The translations under genes were made by a program, and so were the position numbers. A stretch of DNA of 64,000 nucleotides. It comes from Phoronis australis. Lineage: Eukaryota; Animalia; Phoronida. How positions within the stretch are numbered: the stretch's first letter is position 1; every line of letters starts with the position of its first letter. Shown here piece after piece: positions 48,201 to 60,200 of this stretch. The stretch covers positions 485,275-549,274 of the forward strand of contig NMRA01000074.1 in the NCBI GenBank assembly GCA_002633005.1, in the 5' to 3' direction. The notes under the pieces are model-generated. The model was not told where the DNA came from. It made no database searches and was given only the letters and a program-made list of their open reading frames with translations.

Positions 48201-51200
48201 AATAAGATACTGTTACACGGTTGCTTGTCCAGGTAAAGTAGCATTTCTCAAACTGAGATCAATTTTCGATAATTTGGAAAGACTAAAGGCAAAGTAAAAC
48301 TCACTGCACAAAAATTATCGTTCCCAGATCTTTTAGGTAACTTTATTGTTACTTATTGCAGCTAGATTCCTATACTGAAGACTCCATTTTACATAACACG
48401 CTGCTTCTACAACAACTATGTCCACCGTCAATAATCATATACAAATTGCACTATTACATCGAAATACTACCATTTTTTCACCTACATGTATTAGTACACG
48501 CACACGCACACGCACACGCACACATATGTACAAAAATAGTGTTTACACACAATCAACTTGTTCATCAGGTTATAACCTGTGTTGATATGTAGCACCTCTT
48601 TATTTGCTGAATTCGGATGAATCAACAATATATAAGAAATCAGTTACATCCTCGCCGTCATCTTTACTGGAAATTATGTAATTTAATTTAACTTAACAAA
48701 TGTAGTAAATGGCGGATGGTCTACTTGGACGACTTGGGGAGCATGCAGCGCCACATGCGGAGGCGGAAATCAATCGAGGTCAAGGTTGTGCAACAATCCT
48801 ACACCAGCAAACGGTGGAGCACAATGTGTCGGCGACAGCATGGAACAAAGAAATTGTAATACAGATGCTTGTCCAGGTACAGTTGAACATATAGCTTCAC
48901 GTCGATCACTTAAAGCGTCTCTACAAAGGATTGTTGAACTTTTAGATGTTTTGGACCATGTATAATAATTTTATAACACAAAACCTAAAAACATTGCAGG
49001 CGGTCCGATATCTGAATAGCATCGAACATGTGCAGACCGCATCGGTCGTGCCAACTGCACAAAACACCTGATATAAAACTCACTAGAACTCTCTTATGTA
49101 AATATAATCTTGAGGCTCTTCCAAAGAGAGATTGCCGAAGTCCGTAGCCAAGTAGGCCGCGTTCATCTGCTACGGATAGCCTCCATAACCACCACTGCTT
49201 GGGTCTTTTGGAAAAGCAAAAAACAAAAATATTGTCTGTCCGATTGATATTACTGCATCATCGGCACGTGCAACTTTTTGAGACCAATGCAGCCCTCGGC
49301 TGGTGTAGAATGAGACATTCATTTAACGTGGAGACTGCATCCACTGATGACGTCACACAAAAAATATTTTTTAAATTTTTGTGTCTATTTCTTGATTAAC
49401 AGTACACACATTGAAGAAGAAATACCTAAAATACCATACCAAACTTGTTGGTAACCGATTTCAAGCATTTATAACAATGGTGTCAAGGCGTTAATCTCTC
49501 CAAACTGCATTTAATTCAACGTACATGAATGTCTTTTCAAGCGGAATATCAATGAGCGTATACGCTGGTGGGACGTTTACATGTATCAAACTGTGTGGTT
49601 GAAAGTTGCATTCTAATGTACTACTCAATGCCAGTACATACTGTTTAAGAATCTTAATAAACGTCTTTAACTGTTAAGTCAAATATCGAAAAAACTAAGC
49701 TTTGTCAAACATTAAAATCAAATATTTTCTGAACGGAGAAAGATCGGTACTTCTAAAAATATGCTTTTTATTACTGTCTTTATTTTTTACTTGACCACGC
49801 TTTTTAAGTCAAATTTTCTATGTGCAAGAAAGGTACTCTCACAACAAAGTACCCAACCAGCCAACTTTACTAAAACTGTTTTTAAAGAAAAGTTATGTGT
49901 CACAAAAAACGCTAATGTAGGATTTTGCTTTAAGGTGCTTGGTATATGACCGTGAATTATCAAAAATTTCTAACTGTGTTTTTGAGACATAACGTGTAGT
50001 TTTCATTTTAAAAATGTTTTAGTAAAATCGGCTGGAGAGCTTTTTTTGCTATGAACGTACCTTTCTTACTCATGGTCGCGTGACAATAATAAAGACACAG
50101 TAGTAAGATGCGTCTTTTTAGAATCCTCGATCTTTATCTCCATTATGAAAAAATATAGTTTTATGATTTCTAAAGCAGTTTTTTCGATATTTGACTCAGT
50201 GTTGAGGTTTTTATTAAGGTCCTATATAACCTTAGGTGGGATTTTCACGTTTTTGCGTTTCTAAGAAGTCTACAGCTTCAACCAAGTAATTGCCGACCTT
50301 GTTGATGAAAATTTATGTAGAGAAATCAGATGGGCTTGCCAAGTCAATTTCATTCGTCAATTGCTTCCCAACTATAGAGTTTATTTCAAGCAATGGTCCC
50401 AATCAAAGGCCATAATCGACAGCAACTATTACGTACATATACTTCATTTTAAAACAGTAAATGGCGGATGGTCAAACTGGAGTACCTGGGGAGTATGCAG
50501 TGCCACCTGTGGAGGTGGAAACCAGTCGAGGTCAAGGTCGTGCGATAATCCTGCACCTGCAAATGGTGGTGCACAATGTACCGGTGACGCCGTGGAAATA
50601 AGATACTGTTACACGGTTGCCTGTCCAGGTAAATTAGCGTTTCTCAGTTTATCGGTATCTGAAATTTAAAAAAGTCTCAAGTCAAATTAATTTTGCAAAC
50701 CCAACAATACTCTTTGACAAAGGTTCCTTAACAAGATAACATTTGCTAGAAATTTGGTTATTTCTTCACAAACTTAAAGTGCCATCTTCACAACGATTTC
50801 CTTCAACTGGGCAACTTGACACACATGTAGCACCTTACTCACCTTATCGAGGTATGATAAATTGTTTTTGGGCAACCTGCCAGCTAAAATTGTAGTGTGG
50901 GCAAAAATCTTCAGACAAAATAGCACTATTTGCCATCATCTATGCTCTTTCTCAGTTACTTACACACTGAGGAGACGTCTTATCATTTTTGCGGAACATT
51001 TGTCGCAAAGTATATGTCGTGTAGTGTATTTGGCGTAGACGATAGGCTGAATGGCGGCAATTAAGTTGCTCTAGGACAACTTGTTCTAGTGTAGTCCGTT
51101 GTGAGGAAATGAGTTAAGAATAGACAACAAAATGAAAGATTTCATCACCCCCATGCAAAATCAATGGCCCGATTGTCTTTACTGGAATTTATTTCACACC

Positions 51201-54200
51201 ATTTGATTTACAAATGTAGTAAACGGCGGGTGGTCTGCTTGGACAACGTGGGGAACATGCAGCGTCACCTGTGGAGGCGGTGACCAATTCAGGTCAAGGT
51301 CGTGTACCAATCCTGTACCGGCAAATGGTGGCGCACAGTGTGTTGGCGAGGGCGTGGAGCAAAGAGATTGTAACACAAATGCGTGCCCTGGTAGGTCTAT
51401 AGCACAAGTTTCCAATATTCTAGTCACTGCATCAAAATCACCACCTAAAGTCTGCCAACTGGAATAAAAGTGTACACTTCCAAATGGTCTGGTGCTCATC
51501 CTTTTAAAGACCTGTTTGTACAGAAACGACATTCAAATCTTTTTAAGCACAACTTGCTATTGGCAGAAGCTTCCACAATCTGATAAGTTTTGGGGTCCGT
51601 CTTATGAAAGGTGACTTGAGACTTACGACTTAAGACAGAAAATTTGTCTAAGTTAAGACCGGAGACAAAAATTCAGGGAAAACCGTTTCATGAACACAAA
51701 GTACGTCTTTACTCTTCGGTCCGAACTTAAGACAAAAATGACGTCGCGGGGTTTTGACATAGTTGAGCATACAAACTGCGCTTTCGCCACCTGTCGCGAA
51801 GTGAAAAACTTAAGCGAGACGGTAAAAGTGGGCATACCTTTATTGAATAATAGATGACATTTGCCTGTTGCCCAGGATGACAACCACATAAGTGTGTTGG
51901 CTCACCCTAAACACGAGGCTCTGTACTAAAATAGATTTTTTATTGATTACCGATTACGTATACATCCAGTTGTCACTTTCAAATATAGTCGGACTTTAAA
52001 ACGTTACTGTTTCAGGTGAGTCATAGCAGTCCAACCCTTTTAACAACAGAATTTTTCATTTCATTTAAACTCAGTAAATGGTGAATGGTCCAACTGGAGT
52101 AGTTGGGGAGCATGTAGCGCTTCTTGTGATGGCGGAAACCAATCGAGGTCAAGGTCATGCAGCAATCCTGCTCCGGCAAACGGTGGTTCACAGTCTTCCG
52201 GCGACAGCCTGGAACAAAGAAATTGTAACACACATGCTTGCCCTGTTAACATAACATGTTCAAGATTATCATGCCATTATAAAAACCTCTCGCTTAGTTT
52301 CAATTTCAGACGAGGCCATACATCGTTTCAGTCATTTTTAAGCGTTCCGTGGTCTTTTATCCAGCATCACGACTAGCAGACCTATTATGGTATACGGTTC
52401 GGAGAGTTACTAAAATGGGCACCAGTTAACCGAAGGATATTTTCGGGTGACTAGAAATTTAACTTCAGAAGCTAAAGAGTTACAGAAGTTTTCAACTTTA
52501 AGTTCACAATATATCAATTTAATTGAGCCGGTATTTTATTGCCGTGAATTCACCGTTGACTACTCTGATCTTCACAGTGTGCTCTTGGATCAGCGGTCGT
52601 GGTCAACAAACCTCTTGACGAAAGTGGGTTTTGTGCAAATCTGTTTACGAAGTAAAGGGTGCCTGAAAAGGACGAATTCCTATTGTTATTAAACTTACGT
52701 GGAATCTGCAAAACTGACATCAATATGAAGTGTTTTACAAACGTTAGTGTCAAGCATATTTCACATGTTTCTGGACTGACCATGAAAAAAACAAAATGTG
52801 CCTGTTGCCTTCCTGCACGTCTTATCAGCAAACCCTCAATTCTAATTTTGAACAATTGATTAACAATTGATTCAGCTCGACATCCAGTTGTCTCCTTGAG
52901 ATGAAGTGAAATTAGTGAATTAGATATAGAGATAACACAATTAGAAGTTAGATAAGAGGAATTTCCATCGCTTGTTTAAAATTTGAATGCAGAAGATGGT
53001 GGATGGTCTAGCTGGAGCAGTTGGGGAGCGTGCAGCGTCACGTGCGGAGGCGGGGAGCAGTCTAGGTCAAGGTCCTGCAACAATCCTTCTCCGACAAACG
53101 GTGGCATGCCGTGTGCTGGCGCTGACGTGGAATCACGGGACTGCAATACAGACGCTTGCCCTGGTAAAATGACATTTTTTTCAGATTTGGGCAGAACTGC
53201 ATTTGGAAATTTCCTAAATTCTGTAAACGAACACCAACTGGTGAATGCTGCGGTTAGGAAATTGATTTGGGTGCGCCAGCAACCTCGGAAACAGAACACC
53301 GGCCCGCGAGAACAGAACAGTTTCCCAAGGTTGCTATGTCCTGTGCTGGGTGTGCTCTTGTTTAATACCTGAACGAATCTCAAATTTGGGGATCTTTGGG
53401 CAACAATAAACTTTAAGCGTACCTGAGAAAACTATAAGTTTTTGTAAAAGGCTACAAGTTGCTTTTTGATGAACTTAAGATTATCAGAAGAGTTTAGAAA
53501 ATCATGCAAAACAAGAATATGATATTTAAAAAGTTCTAATCACTGATTGATTTCAGGGACAACTGGGGCCTGTTTTATAAATATGTCAGAAATTAGGGAT
53601 GTGTTCATGAATGGTTATGAGTCAGAACGTTGATCTTACGCCCCGTTTCACAGTTATTCGTATAATAATTACTATATTGCACCCAAGAAACAATTTTTAA
53701 TGTCACTATCAGTTATTAAAATTCTTTCAAAGACCTTAAATTTTAAGAAAAACATGCTTCGCTATTTTTTCGGAAATAGTTCTGTAGAGCGTATTACGTA
53801 AAGGTCTTAAACCACCTTTCATGAAATACACTCCAAGAATATGTTCCATAAAAAATTACTTAAACGGAGACTTAAGCCATCGATTTGGTCTTACGCTCGG
53901 ACACCTCAGTTACTGAACAAAGCTTTAGTCAAATAATTATCAACGCATTACAGTCACCATCTCCGTAAAAGGCATTTGAATGTTTATTCTCTAGGACCTT
54001 GTACTTTTGCTCTTGATCAATTGAAGCTTTCATCAGAAATAGTTGTGTAGCATAACAACCAATTTCTGACTTAAATCCTGGTAAAATCTCAAGAGACAAA
54101 GCCCTGGTATCAGACTCTGCACAGCAATAATTCACAATAAGCAAGTTTTGGAGAATATGGCCACAACTGCAAATTACTCAAATAATTAGTAAAACTAATT

Positions 54201-57200
54201 CATCAAAAGCAGTGCTGTGTTTAAGTTACCATTGAACATTTTAATTTAACGGGAGCCAAGTGGGAGCATAACATAAACTTTCTGAATAAAGCCTAAGTCA
54301 CTTCTCATGAAATGGGGTACACGTACATGTACCTAATAATAGCCAACAATTACGTTACAGTCAACGGTGGTTGGTCAGCTTGGTCTGATTGGACCACGTG
54401 CAGTGCTAACTGCGGAGGAGGAAGTCAAACCAGGTCAAGGTCATGTGACAATCCAGTTCCAGCTAATGGTGGCGCTGTATGTCAAGGCGACAGTGACGAG
54501 ACACGCGACTGCAACCAGCACTCTTGCCAAGGTAAACTATTATCGACAATTGACCACATCAGGCGTGCTTCATATTGTCAGTTCATGAGTCATTTTCTTT
54601 GGACATGGACAACAGCTGCTGTGTTCTCATTTATGTTGGTGCATCTACTGTAGGATCTCACAATTGGTGGCCACCACAATTTTCAAAAAGGCTCCCATAC
54701 ATGTCAACCCGCATGTGACGATTAAGACAAAATAATTTTGAAACGTGTCAAGTGTCTCAGCCACAGCTCGAATTTGCACGTGTCGGGACGCCGGTCCCAT
54801 CAAATGCAATTGCTATAAATGAAAACTAAAGTTACAGCGAACTACATGTATAATGTTATCAGAACACCATTCTTTTGATTCCGTGGTGTTTTATATAACA
54901 GATGGAGTCCACTGTAAACATTTCAGCCTAAAAATCAACACGCATTTGATCACCAATGGGTAGCTTAATGTACATTCATGTAATGCTTGTTGACGAATAA
55001 AATATGTCTCCAACACACGGAAACATATTAGTCGAAAAATTCGACGGAAAAACCTGATATTCAACGTCCGTCTTTACTGTATATTGCGGTTCTTCAGGTC
55101 CTTTATTTTTAGCTGGTCCTGGCTCGTGCCAAGAAAATGACAACCTGTACACCATCTCCAACCAAGACTGCACGTGCTTCCACCAACTGGACATGACCAA
55201 CGGTAACAACGGATATCACAGGTGTCCTGCCGGTCTCACGTTCAACCCTGCTGTTTGTGTATGTGATTGGCCAGGGAATTCTGAATGTAAAGGGGCGGCG
55301 TCAGACACGTGTCCACCAGAACCTACCACGATGCCAACAGCAGCAACACCGTCTAGACGTAAGGGCAATAGTTGTGAAGATTTTATTGGTCTACCTACAT
55401 TAGCCAATTCTCAATGGGAGAGTTTCTTAGAGGCGGACTTGGTGCATATTGAACGCATCTAAATCGCAAATTAATTGCACACTCTTCCTGTCGGCAACTT
55501 TGCGATATTATTATTGACTTTCTGATCTTAGTAATAGCGAAACAGACGCCATACGTGTAGCTTCATCATTAGCTTGTAATTCGAGCTTCCTCTATTTTTT
55601 CTCAAGTCATATTTTCGTTATCTTTTTAGCTGGACCCGGCTCGTGCGAGGAAAATGGTAACCGTTACACCATCTCTAACCGTGATTGCACGTGCTTTCAT
55701 CAACTGGACACAACCAACGGTAACAATGGATATCACAGATGTCCTGAAGGTCTCACATTCAACCCTGCTGTTTGTGTCTGTGATTGGCCTGGAAATTCTG
55801 AATGTAGAGGGGCAGCGACAGACACGTGTCCACCGGAACCCACCACGATGCCAACAGCAGCAACACCGTCTAGACGTAAGGGCAATAGTTGTGAAGATTT
55901 TATTGGTCTACCTACATTAGCCAATTCTCAATGTGGGAGTTTCTTAGAGGTGGACTTGGTGCATATTGAACTCATCTAAATCGCGAATTAATTGCACACT
56001 CTTCCTGTCGGCAACTTTGCGATGTTCTTGTTGACTTTCTGATCTTAGTAATAGCGAAACAGACGCCATACGTGTAGGTTCATCATTAGTTTGTAATTCG
56101 AGCTTCCTCTATTTTTTCTCAAGTCATATTTTCGTTATCTTTTTAGCTGGACCCGGCTCGTGCGAGGAAAATGGTAACCGTTACACCATCTCTAACCGCG
56201 ATTGCACGTGCTTTCATCAACTGGACACAACCAACGGTAACAATGGATATCACAGATGTCCTGCAGGTCTCACATTCAACCCTGCTGTTTGTGTCTGTGA
56301 TTGGCCTGGAAATTCTGAATGTAGAGGGGCGACGACAGACACGTGTCCACCGGAACCCACTACGATGCCAACAGCAGCAACACCGTCTAGTAGTAAGGCA
56401 ATACTTGTAAAGAGCTTTTAATTATTGCTCAACGTACCGTAATTAATTCTCAACTTTGAGTATATTATAGGCGAGCCTGGTGCTTATTGAACACATCAGA
56501 ATCACGGATTTATTGCAAACTCTTTACAATGGCCGAATTTTCAAAATCTTGTAGATTTTTTGAACTCAATAAGAGAGACACATATGTCCTAGCTCCGTAA
56601 GAAGCATGTAATCTTGACATTCTCTCATTTTCTTCTCCAATGATACGTTCGTTAATCTTTTTAGCTGGACCCGGCTCGTGCGAGGAAAACGGCAACCGCT
56701 ACACCATATCTAACAGAGATTGCACGTGTTTCCATCAACTCGACATGACCAATGGTAACAGCGGATATCACAGATGTCCTGCCGGTCTCACATTCAACCC
56801 TGCTGTTTGTGTCTGTGACTGGCCTGGAAATTCTGAATGTAGAGGGGCGGCGACAGACACGTGTCCACCGAAACCCACTACGCTGCCTACAGCAGCAACG
56901 TCGTCTATCAGTAAGGACAATCCTTGTAAAGAATATATTGCTCAACGTACCGTGACCAATTCTCAGTGTTAGAGGTTCTTAGACGCAAACTGAGTGCTTA
57001 TTGAACGTATCTGAATCACAAATGTATTGTTGACTAGCTTCACAAATGCCGACTTTCAGTATTCTTGCAGATTTCTCAGTGGGCGGACCTTTGCCCTAAC
57101 TCCACCTGCAGCATTTAATCCTTTTTAAAAATTCTCTTATTTTTCTCAAGTGATACTTTCGTTCATCTTTCTAGCTGGACCCGGCTCGTGCGAGGAAAAC

Positions 57201-60200
57201 GGTAACCGTTACACCATCTCTAACCGAGATTGCACGTGTTTCCACCAACTCGACACCACCAACGGTAACAGTGGATATCACAGATGTCCTGACGGTCTCA
57301 CTTTCAACCCTGCTGTTTGTGTATGTGACTGGCCGAGAAACTCTGAATGCAGAGGAGCGGCTACAGATACTTGTCCCCCAGAACCAACCACGGCGCCAAT
57401 AGTAACAACGCCATCTAGCAGTAAGTACTGAAATTTCGTTGCTCTCTACAATTGTGTGTGAGTACCAATCAATATTGCGTGTCACTGGATGCAGTCAGTG
57501 CTTTTCGATACCTTTGGGAAGATTCCAGCACATGCGAAGCCCCGACAACAACTACATCATCTCTAACTGAGACTGCACGTGCTTCTACCAACTGGACACG
57601 ACTAACGCTAGCAGTTTTTGTGACTGTGAACGGCCGAGGGGCTGGGAATGGAGAGGGGCGGAGGTAGACACGTATCCACCGAAACATATTATGACGGCAC
57701 TATCAGTAATGTCTTTTAGCATTGTTTTATTTCCTCATCGTCGGGAACTTCTAAATGATACGAATCATCCTCCAGGATAACTTACAGCTTATTGAATGCA
57801 GCTTCATCGTGAATTTATGACAGATTTGCCACAGTGGCCATTTTGCAATCGATTTCTTCAAGTCAGTAACAGAAGTACCATTATCTTTGTTTGTAGCGAG
57901 AGATCGAAACGTCTTTTAAAGTAGTTTCTCTATTAATTTTTAGATTCTGCAGTTGTGTGTGAGCACCAGTCTATGACATTGTTGTGCACCGAAGCAAATG
58001 GCGTCTTAACAATAGTCTCTGCAACCTATGGACGAAACGATGGTACCACGTGTACTGGAAATGGTCGACCAATAAAAACGACAACCTGCAGTGCGTCAAC
58101 GTCACTCAGGGTAGTCCAGCAACTATGCGACGGCAAACAGCAGTGTTCTGTTTTGGCTGAAAATAGTGTGTTTGGTGATCCATGCGTCGGTACCTTTAAA
58201 TATCTTGCTGTTGAGTACAAATGTAGGCGCCCAGAAGAATTAACTACAGTACCAGGTAATCATAAAACTTTGATGTAGCTGGCTACATATTAATGTGCTT
58301 TTTCCAGTGAAATGGCAGATATCAGATAATACGCTTCTCGTATCCAACAAAATTCTACGTGGATGCAAATGATGAATAATTCAACTACACTCACCCTCAG
58401 GCTAATAAAAGTTTACGTTGCAGGGAACACAGCAGTCCCCTTTTTCGGAATATGATAGAATGGATATGCTAGGTTTTCCCACCTCTTCCGTGTTGCTGTA
58501 CCGGCACAACTTCTGGTGGTGCACAGTCGCAATGGTCTCAGCTAGGTTTTGGATATGTTAACTCAAACTCCACCAGACTAGTTTAGGGAGGGATGGCCTC
58601 ATAAAAAAACCACGCTCGAACCAGTTACTCTCCTAGTCTTTATTTTGCATTCTCAGTCAAAAATCGATGACCTGCAATACTGCAATGTTCAGCAACCAGC
58701 TTATCCACGAAATTCTGTTGTCTCAAAGTTGTTCCTAATCTGACATGTTCGTATATCTTTAGCTGGTCCCGGCTCGTGCGAAGAAAACGGTAACCGTTAC
58801 ACTATTTCTAATCAAGACTGCACGTGCTTCCATCAACTGGACACGACAAACGGTAACAATGGGTATCACAGATGTCCCGCTGGTCTCACGTTCAACCCTG
58901 CTGTTTGCGTCTGTGACTGGCCAGGGAACTCAGAGTGTAGAGGGGCGGCGACAAATACATGTCCCCCAGAAACTACCACAGCGCCAACTTCAACAACGCT
59001 ACCTAGCAGTAAGGGCCAGATTTATATAGAGTTTATTGCTTAAGGGTATTTTCGCTACATTTTGCCAGAGAAAAGTCACAGAACAGTCATTTTTTACTAC
59101 AATGAATAACTTTAAAAACATTTCAGTATCAATTTTTATTTCAAGATATCGTTTAATTTGAAAAACGCTGATTTTACGCTGAGTTTCTGTTATTTCGGCG
59201 TTTAACAATAGGGCGTGATATCGAATTTCACGAAACCATATTTAACAATAGGTATTCCCAAGTGTAGACATTAGGTGCGACTGTTCAAACGGCAATTTGA
59301 ATTTAAAGATCAAACGTATTTTCTTAATTGCCCACATCAACGAATCAGACTTAGAAATCCCTATAGCATATCACAATCGCCATCGTATGAAATGCAGCGG
59401 ATTAAGTTTGGTCTTGAAGTTGAGGCGCTCTTGAGAACGTCAAATTGCGCATTCGTTCATTTAAAGTAATTCAAAAACGAAGTCGATGAACCTCTAGTGT
59501 ATTCATATTTCAGAGAGTACACAATCATAATCAAACACCAAGCTTCATATTGCAACTTATGTTTTAATAGCAGCCTGTACATAACAGTCATTTACCCTAT
59601 GCATAAAAGGCAATAAGATCATTTCCTCATCTTCAATATTTTACAAATCCAAACAAAGCCACATCCCCACATGTCAATAAAACGTTGGGATAACCCGTGC
59701 ACTATTTGTTTTTCGTCTAGATTCATTAAGCTGACGCAAAGCATTGCACGCTGATTTTGGAAGTCTATAATGGATCATATCTAGTAGCTTTAACCAAAAC
59801 TGGTTAAATCAGTCTTCAAATGTGAGGGAACAAGAGGTCTCCCAAACTCACCCAGGACTGCAGCGGTGCTCGCCGAAGACGCACAATTCCAAAAGTGCTT
59901 AGGTTATATAATCGGTGTGTTTAGCCTAAGAAAATAATAGACTTGTTCCCTCATGTAACCACGTAAGCAGCGTGTGCTCGAAACGCCCTAAAATATTAGT
60001 AACAGAAGTCACAGTATCTTCATATGTAGCGAGAGGTCGAAACGTCTTTCTCCACTAAATTGTAGATTCTGCAGTTGTGTGCGAACATCAATCAATGGCG
60101 CTGTCGTGCAGCGAAGCAAATAACGTCTTGACAATAATTTCTGCGACTTATGGACGAAACGATGGTACTACATGTACTGGAAATGGCCGTCCGATAAAAA

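Noticed and set aside
48495-48523. (CACACG)n short repeat producing the HAHAHAH ORF
   Set aside because: Ordinary intronic microsatellite.
42011-54531. Regularly spaced near-identical repeats superficially like a CRISPR array; recurring minus-strand ORFs ([11 protein letters not shown]...)
   Set aside because: The repeats are 171-nt TSP1 exons with splice sites in eukaryotic DNA; the minus-strand ORFs are antisense shadows.
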